A stretch of DNA of 64,000 nucleotides from Hydrolagus affinis (lineage: Eukaryota): assembly GCA_012026655.1 (NCBI GenBank), contig JAAILG010000353.1:1-64000 (forward strand). Reading direction: 5' to 3'. Positions 12,743 through 25,318 of the stretch are shown in pieces. The notes below the pieces were generated by a model, which saw only the letters and a program-made list of their open reading frames with translations, was not told where the DNA came from and ran no database searches. Every line of letters starts with the position of its first letter. The stretch's first letter is position 1. Made by a program: the position numbers and the translations under genes.

Positions 12743-13904
12743 AAACCCCCCCCCCCCCCCCCATGGTTCATTAGCTAATTTCTATTAAATAACATGCAAC
12801 CCGTACAACAAACACAGGTTACACATTTCTAAAGCGTTGCCACCTTTGAGAAAACAAACCCTGGGTTCCCAGGACACCAGTAGACAAGACAATTACCAGA
12901 GGTTAACAAGGTCATAAACAGGATCACAATAAAGGTCACTGTGGCGTTAACTCTCCTCTTTTAAACACAGAAACAAATACACCCATCATCCGTCACAGCG
13001 GGGGTGACAAGGGATTTCAATGCCACAAGTGTGTCAGTATATTATGTGCGCATTGGCAATATCAGTACACCCTGCTGGAATACTAACCTACATGACCACC
13101 GCTAGTTCAGAATTCTACTCTTACAGAGTGGCTTAGGGCAAGGAGACAGTGAATGAACACAAGCCCGGAGGCAGTCAGGAAAACCCTTCTTGTCTGTCTC
13201 GCTCCTTCTCTGTGTGTGTGTGTGTGTGTATGTGTTTTTTTTATAGAAAACCAAGGAGACATTCATAATGCCACTGAGGTTTGTAGACAGTATTTACCGG
13301 AGTCGCCTTACTTCGTCTGTCATGAATATTCATTCACTCGAGGCATTCGCTGCTTACAGTAGTGGCTTGTTGCAAAAGGCCCTTTCTGTTTGCAGAGGGG
13401 AAGCTCATGATTTATTTAGTTCCATCAATAACTTGAACGCTGATTGGCAGTCCTGAAGGTTTCAGATTGGAAATTAATAATGCATAATGCAGTCATCATA
13501 TACATCCCACAGTTTAAACCGCTGAGTTTTGTGACCGGAGAACCATTAATAACAATGCACTGAAATTTGCCGAAACAGATCTTTTCATAACCTTCTGAGC
13601 ATTGCTGAATATCAAGGGAGTTTTGAGTTTGAGCAAGTATGATTTGGTTTGGGTTCTGCATGATTACGAGCCTTCAAGAAGCGATTCTGCAGGATTTATT
13701 CTGCTCTCACCCTACCTATTGCTGTCAATGGTGAGCCACTTGCACATTTCCAGACGTGTACAATGAAACCTGAAGGGATTACATTCACTCTCAACAGATG
13801 CTTTAAAGAGAAAAGACCCGTGGCAGAGGCGTTCTTGTGTGAACATAAATTTAAAGGCGACACTTTTACTTGTAGACAGTAGGAGCGTTGCTTCTTCCTA
13901 AGAT

Positions 13905-13985
13905 CACCCCCACCACCGCCCCACCACACTCTCACCCACTCCCTTCACCCACTCACCCACTCCCTTCCCCCACTCCCCATCCCCA
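13905..13985. repeat. C-rich low-complexity tract with duplicated ctcacccactcccttc unit
   Basis: Read directly. Confidence 0.75.
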
Positions 13986-14079
13986 AAAGCACAAGTTCGG
14001 GGAAAATTCCACTTTCCAGATTCCGGACATTACTTTTTCAAGCTCTGTGTGTAGCCGGTGGCATCCTTATTAATATTAG

Positions 14080-14250
14080 TAATAATAATAATAATCCTAT
14101 CTAATAATAATCCTTGCATTTGATATAGCACTTTTCATATCATCTCTGCGTCTCAAAGCACTTCGTAGAATATACGGTAAAGTGATCTGACTGTATATAT
14201 GTGGGCAAAATGTGACAGCCAATTTCACACAACAGCATCCCACAAACACT
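14080..14250 (-). mobile_element. 5'-truncated young SINE
   Basis: ccttgcatttgatatagcac...gtgggcaaaatgtgacagccaatt...cccacaaaca. Confidence 0.88.
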
Positions 14251-14394
14251 GCACGCACACACAAACACACGCACACACACACGTGTACACACAATTCAAA
14301 TGCATATTCACCACCAGGGCAAATAGACATATTTCCTCCATTCCTCTATTCACCGTCTCTCATGAAGTGGGCACACTCCCCAACTAGATGCTAA

Positions 14395-14840
14395 CCCGGC
14401 TCATTTGGTCACACTCTCACCTCCGAGCTAGAAGTTTGTGGGTTCAACCCCCACGTCAAGAGTTTGAACTCATATCATTTATACAGAACTGGGGGAAGGC
14501 TGCAGTGAATGCTAAATTCTCTTTAAGCGAAGGTCTGTCTACTTGTTGAGGTGGACATTAATTGTTCGACTTGAAAAAAGAACGCAGTTTATCCCGGTGA
14601 CCTGACCAAAAGAAAATTGATCATTCACTTCACGGCTATTTGTGGGACATTGCTCTCTGCGCCGTCCGAGGTGAAGAGCACTATATAAAAGTAAATTGTC
14701 GTTGTTGTTGTCATGCGAAAATTGGCTACTGTGTTCAGCTACAAAACACACAGTCACTCCTCTTTACAGTAAATCCTGCGAAGCAATTTCTCCTGGCACA
14801 AAAGGAGCCGTAGCCAAATGCAAAGTTCATTCATTATTAT
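14395..14840 (+). mobile_element. Old near-complete Deu-domain SINE with a nested L2 tail (~14655-14711)
   Basis: Head cactctcacctccgagctagaagtttgtgggttcaacccccac. Deu parts aggtggacattaa, cccggtgacctgacc, tttgtgggacattgct, aaattggctac. Insert gtgaagagcactatataaa...gttgttgttg. Confidence 0.7.
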
Positions 14841-17800
14841 AACAATACTGTCACATCCTGCAAGAAAGGGCTGGGTTTAGTGTCAGTGACAGAAGCTCTC
14901 ATCCTCAGCTGCACTGCTATAAACTATATAGGACATCATACTCTCAATATAGGTTAGGACCAATGAGTTCAGCATTGCAGGCAAGAGTGCAATCTGCAGA
15001 GTCTTGTTGATGGCACATCTTACCCCAAAGTTTGATTTATTGCTGAACTCCTAGATATAAATGTTAATGTAATCAATTCAAACCACTGCACTCAGGTCGA
15101 CCGAACCAGCACAACATCCCACCTGAATAATTTACAGTCACAAACACAGAATGGAGAAATTCACACAGGCTTGTACTTGAATGAAATGCACCTGCTCTCA
15201 GGGCTGGAGCCTTCTTTCAAATCCCAGCGATTGCCTTCTAAAAGGAACACACAAAAGGCAGGCTGTGCCTGGCGAGTGTGTGCTATGTTTCAGCAACTAA
15301 TTGCATGCATGACCAGCATAATAAAACCCCGTAGGATCAATATTCGGAGGTGCCACATCTCTCTTCGTTTACCACAAAGGTTACTCCGTGATTTTTTTTG
15401 TAGGGAAAACGGTCAGAATTTCCTGGAAAACCCGAATGAATGGTTCCTTCGGTTTTATATTATAGATATCTTCTCAGGTGGCTCGCATACCATATCAGTC
15501 CTTACAACGCAATACAAAGCGCTTACTTGCAAGAAAGGACCCTTAACAGATACCTATCCGGTTGATGAACCCAAAAATTGCTCTCTCCCCTACCGCACCC
15601 TCTATTTCAAAATAAAATGGACTCAGATAAAAACAGACAGTGGGTCGTTGGGTTGAGTGGTGCACTGCACATATAGCAGTTAACACAGCAACTGGAACGT
15701 GCAGAGAAAGCAAAGCTGTGAAGAGGAAATCCATGTCTGTTTCATGGCAATTGATCTGATAGCAAGATTTCCTGTTTACAATAACACTTGCTGCTCAGAT
15801 TACCAGGTGTCATTTTATCAGCTACCAATGATTAAACAAGACACTCGCTTTTTCTTTTCAAGTCGCCGATTAAAACGACCGGATTGTTGGAAGCTAAATT
15901 GATCGCCTTCTTTCGGATGCTGACTTATCTCCTGTGTGTTTCCTTTATTCCATTCAACATTACTCCGCTACAGAGGGTTTTGGCAGGGTACCGCATTATT
16001 CTCTCAACATCTTGAGAGATAACAACAATGGGAGGGAGTTGTGGTGGGAGAATATTTCACTCCACCCCTGACATGCAACACCTGACCAACAGCTTTTCAA
16101 AACATTATGAGTCGGGAGAGAGACAATGTAAAGTGTGTTTTTCCATCAGTAAGTGACACAGTCGATCGCCATAGCAAAGTTCCATTAGTGACGCTCTGTG
16201 ACACATTGACTTTGCGGAAAAAAATAAAAATTCAGCGTCTGAAAAGGTCCCACGTCTGGAGAGATGTCAAGAGAGATTTTAGACACACTGAGTTCCCGGA
16301 CCAGTGAGAAACAGACACTGTCTCAACGTCCACCTGCTTCCCTGCCATGGCTTGGGAAACCGGGGATGATTACGGCTGCTGTCAATGCCACTTTTGTTGC
16401 AGGAATGTTTTTATATTGATTCTACAAGGTTTTTTTCCTTTGTGTACCAGATGCAATCAATGCTGCTATGTATCCCTTTTGCCTCTCAGTCAGCTAACTT
16501 GGTTCGATGTGCGCCCGGCAAGGTTTTACTGTGGTGAACCCATCCCTTTAGTTTCAGGGAATTGAGGCGTTATACAACTGTAATTTTGTTATTGTTGTTG
16601 TTGAGTTCAAGTTAAAGGTTCAGATTCTGTTACCACCCTTCCCCGCTTTTCCCGTCCACAACAGTTAGCATTGGAATTTTTACCCGGGATGTTCACACTC
16701 TGGTTTGTAAGACAAGCAGACTGGACCGATTAAAATGTGATTAACACCGAGCTTTACAGTTCAGGCACCAAGGCAATGAAAACCTGAATTAGAAGGCTGG
16801 TCCATGGCACGCAAAAAAGGGCTAGTGCATAGCATAGCAATTTTGGAAGGTTTTAAAAGTTAAGCATTTTTAATCAAGAATTTAACCCAGGCCCGACAAT
16901 TTACAAGATAAAGCGAGTAGGGTTGTAAATAGCACTATAACTATTTTCCTGGGGTGAGCAGGGGTGTGTGTGTGGGGAGAGGGGGGTGGTGAAGAGAGAA
17001 GAGATTATATTTGCTGCCTCAAATAGCGCAGTAACTATATCAGCACAGCCAGACTTGTAGAACATTATTATTATTACATTATAACATCCTGTTTTGCTTC
17101 ATTGATTAAAATAAAATGCTGAAATAAATTTTGAAAACCAAAAGTGGCCCTCAGTTGGACAGCTTGATTCACCAGCGTGTACAGCTTGTTCTCGCTACAT
17201 TGGTCTCCAAATTCCGATGGGTTTGTGATGGCTGTGTTTATTAAGCAATTTAAACGTGGTTCGAGAGCTTATCCGAAGCAGCAAACTGTTCTCAGCGTTA
17301 GCGATCGGCTCGTATTAAAACTGCTCTGATCAGTTTCCATCTTTAGAAATAGGGTTAGGGATTTTAACCAGAAAACAGGTTACCGCAACACACTCAACAA
17401 ATCATCAAACTCAGGTGGATGAATGAATGAATTGGATGAATGAATGCACTAGAGGAAATGTAGCTATTCCTCACTGACTGACTACGAGGCCTGCACATGT
17501 CAGGATGATAACGAGTCCGAAAGGCACAAGGCTGTCTTTCAAGTCAGTTCCTTTCAGCTGTATCGACTCTCGCGATCGCTGCCCTGATAATCCTCCCGAT
17601 GTGTTAATGTTGCATATATCTGCCAGGCATAAAGGATTAGCAGCGTTATCTGAGAGGTCATGTCAGGTCATTTGAAACCATCAGTGAAGAGCAGCCAGAC
17701 AGAGTCTCTATACTTGCGCGTGAGCTTTAGAGTAGTCAATAGGGCAGTTTCCTGATGGGGTTAGAAGGACTGTATCATGAACAGATGCACGGTGTTCCAG

Positions 17801-18659
17801 TAACGGTGGGAGCACCCATTAGTATCATAGTCTAAAATCAAAAGCCAACCTCTCATTTCCGCTTTCATGTAGAATATTCAGGGGCATTCATAACGCTCAT
17901 CAGTTCCACAGGAAAACTGAAGAGAGCGGGTTAAATGTACATGTGTCGCATTTCGTACAAGGCACGTAGATAGAAATTGGACCCGTGGTGATACTGCGCA
18001 TTTGAGAGGGGTAGAGCAATGCTCTGTGTGTGTTGAAATGCTAACCTGAACATAGTTGCAACGCACGAAAGGCGTCTGAAGCCAGAGGATCAGCATGGAC
18101 CGACTACCACAGGCGGTTTTAGAACATTCACTAGACTTTCCCAGGATCGTTTTATTAATCTCAATGTGTCAACACTTTGTGGGGAACATCGGAAAAGACC
18201 ATTCGCGACCCAGCAATATGGTACAAAACCATGTACCGCATTTGGGACCTGGCAGGAGAAAAATATGCTCATTCTCCGCGAGTTCAAGGAGAGGAAGAAT
18301 CGTGTACTTTTCTTCGTGTGGAAGCATTTGTGTTCATATGTGTTCCAGTGTCTGAGGTAGGAGATAGAAGTGAGAAAAGAATAGATGCCATGTTCCTCCT
18401 GATTTTATGGTTAAGACACATCAAACCTAAGAAGATCCAGACACACATTGTCCTCACAAATATAACCAATACTCTCGATCAATGAGTAGTTGAATTGCTG
18501 AAAGCAATCGTTTGTATTTTCACAATGACAAAGATTCTATGAACCGTACTTCAAATCCCTAACCCTCTTTGTTTTTCCACCCTAACTGTTGTTGCTTCAC
18601 TCGTCCTCGACCTCAAGTGACCTGCGATAACTGTCAATACCAATGTGTCAGGACTAAAG

Positions 18660-18935
18660 TGGGGTCCTGTAGCTCAGTGGTTAAAGCACTCGCCTTACCT
18701 GTGTTCGAATACGGACAGGTCGGGACGAAACCTTGGGCAAGTTTCCTTGCTCCACACACACACGCCTAATAATAATCCCTCCAAAAAAAAACACAATAAT
18801 AAAATTGGTCATTTTCAATCTACGATTGTTTGCGGCACACATTCAATTCACTTTACAGTGTATCCTGTGAAGCGCTTTGAGACGTCAAGAAGACGTGAAA
18901 AGCGCTATATGAAATGCAAGGATTATTATTATTAT
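18660..18935 (+). mobile_element. Young SINE with head and internal deletions
   Basis: tcctgtagctcagtggtt...gttcgaatac...ccttgggcaagtttcc...gtgaagcgctttgagacgtcaagaagacgtgaaaagcgctata...gattattattatt. Confidence 0.9.
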
Positions 18936-20948
18936 ATCAGCCCATCAATAAGCCACCAACACTTCTTGACTTGAGTTTCCTTGAACCATAGTACTACAAC
19001 AATAGAACTCCCTCTACTGGCTTGACTGAAGCCGAACAGAGAGATCACTGACAAAAAGGGAACAAAATCTAAACCAGGCACACAGGTTGAGCACCAGAAA
19101 ATTTGCAAAGCGAAGTATGTAAAGTTAAAACACTTTTTGTTTAATAAATTTGGAATCAGAAATCAAAGTTAAGTATTACACTGCGAGAGCAATGCCTTGT
19201 ACTAACTCAATGAGCTAAATTTTTCTCTTTATTCACAGACACACATTCGGGGGATATAAATGTCGATTGTTCGACGTGCACGGAATTCCAATTTTGGCTT
19301 TGTGCGAATAGTGCACTATTCAAATTGCCTCATTAATATTTAAATCAATTCTGTGTTCGGTCTGACCGTAGCTCACAGCCGTCAACGTGATATGCACTGT
19401 AGGGCAGCCCCTTCCTTCTCCATGGCCGCTACAGCAGGTAAAGTCTCTGTTCTCTGATAGGTGTTTGAGAGGAGAATGTCTCATTGTGATTTTTGAGTGC
19501 GGTGGGTTGATGCATTCCTGCTTCAATGTGGACAGGAACATATCTTTTTAAATGAAGACCCTTTCCCCCATTTGCACATATTAATGGTCTTTACCTGACT
19601 CTAATCTCCCCGTGCATGTGTACGTTGTTTAACATACTGTGGGAAATTCACCCCCTTTCATTATTTAGATGGGATAAGTACATCCCAATCGATGTGCTCA
19701 CATTGTAAGGTGCAAATTTCACGCACAGACTTGTGCCTGCAACACTTTGTCGACCCCGAGGACGAAACTGACAAAATAAATGATATCAAGTCCAAAAATA
19801 TTCCAAGTGAAGGTGTCTTCAACAACAAGTCCAGTGTTTCTAACTGCGGTTTATCCATCTGCACCTTTCAGATTGGATTCAGTCACGGCTGCGAACAATG
19901 GCAGGATAATTATTAAATAAAAACCGGACCAAAGTCCAGCACAATACCCAGTCATTCTCTGAGACATGACAATCTATACATTGGGACATAAGCATTGAAG
20001 ACACAAGTGCAACCAGGATGCTGGTTTTCAAGAGATTATTTCTGCTTTGATTCCAGTTTTTCAAATCCTCGAAATTTACAATTCATACAATTGACTCATT
20101 AATCGTTCGGGCTGGACAAATAAATAATGAAAACGAGTTCATGTGCTAAACTTTTTTCTTGTATGTTCTCTCCGTGTTGCTGAACTTTTTATATTTAGAT
20201 GGCTCGCGTTTCTTTGTGCATTTAAAACTCTTAAAACCTCGGAAGGAAAACTCTTAAAGTCTGAACGTTTCGATTTGTAAGAATTGTTTAACCTAGCCTA
20301 ATGCACCAATGTGTTTGTTGATGGTCTGAAAGCCAATTATAAGATAAAAGTAATTGATGCCACTTGCCGTAGAAATGCCTATTAGTCTGCCTTGTGTTCA
20401 CTGAACCCTATTTTTTTCTCACACAAAATTACAAAGTGCACTATTTGTATTAAATGTCTGAGCTCAAATCACATGGTCCGAACAAAATGCAGGCATTTGC
20501 ATAAAAAAGGCAAGAGGCAAGGATTTTAGGGTAAAGTAGAGAGAGAAAAAGATCGAATTTAATCAACAGCAACCAACTTAAAATGTAATCATTTTCACCT
20601 GCTTCCAAACAGATGACATTTCAAAAGCGTCGCTTAAAAACAAAATCTGAATTCAAAAGTCCGAACGGGCAAACAGAAGTGTTACGTGTTGCGATCTTGA
20701 AACGCCAAGATTTTCAAAAATTAATCACACACAAATGGTCCTTTTTTTAAAAAAAATATCCGCACCTCTCTCTGCAAGTGAACTCATCCCTCCAATCAGA
20801 CAACAAGCATTTCATAGGTCTGTCTGGATGATGCACTGTGAAAGATCACAATCTCATACAGCATGCTGAGAGTACAGGTCTCTGAGTGAGTCGGAAAGAT
20901 TTTGGATGGTGTTTTTCCTGCGCTAATTCCATTTAATATCACAAAGCT

Positions 20949-21163
20949 GATCAACTGGAATGCATTGCCTGAAAAGGTGGTGGAGGCCAATTCGAATAAC
21001 AGCTTTTAAAAGAGAATTAGATCTTTATTTAGGGAGAACAGGTCAGTTAGGTTATGGAGAGAGCGCGGGACAATGGGATTGAGTTGCTCTTTTCAAAGTG
21101 CCGGCACAGACTAGATGGGCCGAATGGCCTCCTTTTGTGCCGTAAAATTCTATGATTCTATGA
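20949..21163 (+). mobile_element. CR1 LINE 3' end
   Basis: Degenerate ORF2 C-terminus (WNALPEKVVEANS..FKRELDLYL..GYGESAGQWD*), gatgggccgaatggcctcct hairpin and terminal (ATTCTATG)2 at 21147-21162. Confidence 0.9.
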
Positions 21164-21479
21164 ACTGAGATCCTCCTTAATGGGACGTTGAAAGTCATGA
21201 AAGAGTCGCAGCTTATAAATAGCACCAAAAAAAAAGGCAAACTGAGTCAAAGTCTCTCTTTCTCCCTCAGAAAAACTGCCAATTGAAGTCTATGTGTAAC
21301 TGCAGTACGAACAACAACAATAATAAAATTACATTTGTATAGCACCTTACAAGTCAGGGGGACATCTCAAGGTGCTGACAACAGGTAATCACATAACATG
21401 AAATCGATAAAATGAACGATTCTCTGGCAGGGTATCTGAAGAAATTATGTACAAGTCACCAAATACAGGAAAATATATA

Positions 21480-21665
21480 TATTATAATAATAATCCTTGC
21501 ATTTGATATAGCGCTTTTCACATCTTCTAGACGTCTCAAAGCGCTTCGCAGAATATACAGTACTGTAAAGTGAATTGAGACTGTATATTTGTGGCAGCCA
21601 ATTGCGCACAGCAGCGTCCCACAAACAGGTGTAGATTGAAATGATCAATTTATTGTTTTTTATCA
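21480..21665 (-). mobile_element. 5'-truncated young SINE
   Basis: Reverse complement of body and tail (cagccaattgcgcacagcagcgtcccacaaaca). Confidence 0.9.
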
Positions 21666-21966
21666 AGGTAAAATATTATATAATAATATATATAATTAAT
21701 ATATATATATTTTAAAAAACTCACTATATTCCTTTATTCCAACTGGTTACTGTGCTAGCAGATTGGGTTTCCAGATCACTGTCACTACATTATTAGGTAA
21801 GGCAGTGATGAAAACAGTATTGGGAAAGAACACAAGAGAGCTGTAACACAGTTTTTTTTACACACATACCCATCAAGTTTTAACACATTATTTACATCAA
21901 GATTGAACCTTTCCACACAATGAAACAGCTTCGATTTAAAAGAAAAAGAAAGTCTTACTCACTCAC

Positions 21967-22052
21967 CCTTCAGCATAGACACTGCAAACGAGCTGACTTG
22001 CAATCAGCCTGGTACACAGTGATGTATGAACATTAAGCAAAGCAGAAGTAGC
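21967..22052 (-). other. Candidate exon (5' UTR or first coding exon, ending ATG CTG AAG G|gtgagt) of an unidentified minus-strand gene
   Basis: Strong donor AGG|gtgagtgagtaa, acceptor ttatttccctttctattactag|, adjacent promoter-like block. Product not recognised. Confidence 0.4.
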
Positions 22053-22199
22053 CTAGTAATAGAAAGGGAAATAACAGCAGCAGCAGCTCACAGTACCTTT
22101 AAGAGTCAGTCTCCTCTCATTTCTGGGGCAAGGGGTGTGTGTGTGGGGGTGGAGTGGGGGGCTGCTTCTCAAAAATAAAAGAGACCCCTTCACAATGCC

Positions 22200-22560
22200 T
22201 GGCAAGCTCTGAGACCACACAGCTCCGAATGGAGCTCTCAACAGTTTCTTCTCTCAACCTCATTCAACTGCAATGACTGAATTAGGCCAGCTCAAACCAT
22301 CTGTTGAAACACGCCTGGATTACTCACTGTACTCTACTTGCACCCAGTGTGAAAGCTTCAGGCTGGGTGTTTCCTACAAGCAGAGGCGGAGCAAGATTCC
22401 CACCCCCTCCATCTGAAGCACTCCACTGATTTTTTTTGGGCTGTGATTGGTACCTTCCAGGGGCTAATTGGTGAATGAGCTGTGTGAGGTGGTGGTGGGG
22501 GTATTGGGGGGGGTGGGGTGTGGGGGGTGTGGGGGGGGGAGTTACTAAGTGGATCAGTGG
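22200..22560 (-). promoter_or_regulatory. Promoter-like region
   Basis: GC-box-like gaggcggagc (22383-22392), CACCC boxes, minus-strand CCAAT (ccaatcacag, 22441-22450) and a second at ~22467-22471, G-run tract 22487-22539, repeat-free. Confidence 0.4.
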
Positions 22561-22900
22561 TGTTTCTGCTGTCTAAAAGCTGTCTGTGCTATTATTCCAA
22601 GGACCTTCCGGATTCCTGACATGGGTTCATTTGTGCATTCGCAGCACATCTGCAGCAGGCATTATCTTGCGATCCGTTGATTTTATGCACACACAGGGCC
22701 AAGGTTCACCTTATTTACTACAAAACAGCTGGGTTAATTAAACTGGAAAGAGAAATCTACCTCATTCACCCCTGGCGCAGTTTATGACTACATTACCGGG
22801 TGGAATGCAGCAATCGTTTCTGCCTTTTATCATTGCAGTGCTTCATTGATCCCTGGTATTTATTTAAATTCCACATGATATTACTTACAGGAAACCTTAC

Positions 22901-22977
22901 CTGCGGTAGCACAGGAGAGTAACGGAATATACTTATGAATAAAACTGTTCGAGTTTCACATCCTGCTGTTCAAATAC
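22901..22977 (-). other. Candidate 77-nt non-coding exon
   Basis: tcctttcctgctag|GTATTTG...CTACCGCAG|gtaagg, with stops in all three frames. Confidence 0.25.
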
Positions 22978-23235
22978 CTAGCAGGAAAGGACATCGCCTC
23001 ATCTGTCGGTGAATTGTGCATAAATTATATAGGTTTTTTTTCAAACAATTGTGTTCAGTACAATGTCTTTCATAGGAATACTTGGCAGCTGGGTCCATCT
23101 AACCTGACCATTAAAAAAAAAGCGTCTTCGGGACCGAATGCAGGATGTCGTCAAGACAAGTCTGCCTCGATACGGTTAAAAAGGGCGTTCACCCTTTCAG
23201 GATCAAAACAGCATTTATTCGGTTGCTTTAGCCTG

Positions 23236-23310
23236 ATTGTTCAGCGCTTTGGGACGTCCTCCCGACGTGAAAGGCGCTCGATAAATGTCATTTTGATGTT
23301 GTTGTTGTTA
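23236..23310 (+). mobile_element. L2 type-B 3' tail
   Basis: ttcagcgctttgggacgtcctcccgacgtgaaaggcgctcgataaatg...ttgttgttgtt. Confidence 0.75.
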
Positions 23311-25192
23311 ACGCACAGACGTGCAGATTGAGACTGTTTTTGCTAAATGAAGAGTTACCATTCCTTGCGTTTGATAATGGTGCCTTTCATTTGATACGGG
23401 GGGACGTTTCAAATCGCTTGAGGTAGATTTACTGGAAGCGAACATCGTAACCAATTAGGTTTTGCTTTATTCAGATACCAAATTAAGTCTAATATGACAC
23501 AGTTCCCTTTAATTTCTGGGATTCATTTTACGCTGCTCCCGCGGTAAAAAATATATCCCAGTCACCTTAGCGTCCGTTGAGGGTTGGAAAATATAACCGT
23601 ATTGAAACCTAGAAAGAATATTCGGTGTTCAAAAGGATTTTACATCATTGGAAGTGCCTTGCAGTTGCATGTTGCAAGAAGTCAGACTGTCTCACTGCAG
23701 GCAATCTTTGAGAACATCTCTGGCTTTCCTTTCACTGTAAATACCACCACTGTTCTGTGGGTGTGATTAGTAACCTCACTCTCCACCTACACAAGTGATA
23801 CTTCCCACCAGTGGAAAAAAAACAAAATTTAGAAAACAAACGATGAGTTGTATTGGTTTAACATTGAAGACTTGACAGTTACGTTATCACAATACACTCA
23901 AAGGTCTATCAGAGGACAGATATCCACAACATATAGAGGAGCCCACGCAGGGAAATCTGGACACATATAACACTGACATAAAATAGCTTTGATTTTATTC
24001 CTAAGGCAGTTTTTGATGGGATTGTGAAATGGAAGATGTAAGTACAGTACTTGTAATATTGTCAGTTGATATGGCTTGTGTGCCCCTGTGGCTCATATTG
24101 AAGCATCTGAACGTGAAGTATTAGACACTGTAAAATAATCTTATCTTACCAGGTATACTGCAGTGTGAAAGATCCTCATCAACTCCCTCACACAGGACAA
24201 TACTTTTGAGGTAGCAATGTTTCTTCTCAGTGAAGAGCACTGCCATAATCCACTGTCTCTTGGAAGAAAGAAAGGACATCCCTAATTAACCATTTCAGAG
24301 CACAGGTATTATTGCTGATTTCAGTTAAAGGTGCGTCCATTTTCCTGAGAGTGTATTAAAAACAATTCTCTGCCCTGCCCTCAGTAACTGTAAGCATTTT
24401 AGATTTTGTTTGACCCCACTTTCATTTAAAAAAAATCTCTCAAAGAAATCTGAAAAGAAATCCGCTTCTCAGTCCAGGACTAAAAAAAAATACACCTTTA
24501 GTTTGGTTATGGGCTAATCTGTTTTGGATTCTCCAAAGAGCTTAGTTGAGTTTCTTTTAGGTGTAATTAGGAAATTCAAAACTTGGTGATGATAGGTTTA
24601 TGGGTGTAGGTGGGGTGGGGGGCTAGAAACTGCAATTTAATCCTTTCAAGAGATCAGAAGCAATACGCAACACTTATTTTTGTGCATTCAAAAGCTGCTA
24701 TCACTGTTCAAAATGTGAATTCTCGCCAAACACCGTAGTCTGTGCCATGTTTCTGCCATGTCGCAACGGGGCACAGTGATGTCAAATCAGTGCTTTAGGA
24801 GTTAACATCTTTTGTGACAAAAAAATGTAGTCAACTTGGAACACTGTGAAAAAAAATCATGAGCGGCTAGAAATTCCACCAGCGTAACTTCTGAATGTTT
24901 GTTTCCTTTAAAAGAGACATTGTGCTGATATGCATCAGTGCACTGAAGTTCAAAGTCTTTGGGGCCACTGGAAACAGGTCCTTTCCCTATTTATACTCGG
25001 ACAGCGCCAGGCCCTCTCTGTGTACCGTGCAGACTAGAGAATCACGAGACCCATTAGCTCACGTGAATCCACCAGTGACCACATGTCATGTGCAACCACA
25101 TCTCAGCCGATGACACTGATAGCAAGCAATGATCGAACAGCGGGGCCCTGGGAGGGTGTTGAAGAGAACACAGCAAAGAAGGTTTCTATGAT

Positions 25193-25318
25193 CCAAAGCG
25201 CAGGAAATCTGAAACAAAAACAGCAGTCGCTGGCAACACTCAGCGGGTCAGGCAGCATCGATGGAGAAAGGAAAAGTGAGTCAACGTTTCGGGTCCACGA
25301 CCCTTCGTCAGAACTTTG
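25193..25318 (-). mobile_element. Penelope-like (PLE) terminal-repeat fragment with a 13-bp TSD
   Basis: Flanked by aggtttctatgat at 25180-25192 and 25319-25331. Contains a hammerhead motif. Related decayed copy at ~47058-47240. Confidence 0.75.
25279..25315 (-). ncRNA. Minimal type-I hammerhead ribozyme motif
   Basis: Minus-strand RNA: AGUU-CUGACGA-A-GGGUC(GUG)GACCC-GAAAC-GUU-GACU. Core boxes, 5-bp stem II and stem I AGUU/GACU are present. Confidence 0.7.

Noticed and set aside
15171-15656. Longest ORF in the window (161 aa)
   Set aside because: TTG start, no recognisable domain and no convincing splice boundaries. Length is compatible with chance.
18090-18485. ORFs open in several frames on both strands
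   Set aside because: No recognisable homology or exon boundaries. Treated as chance.
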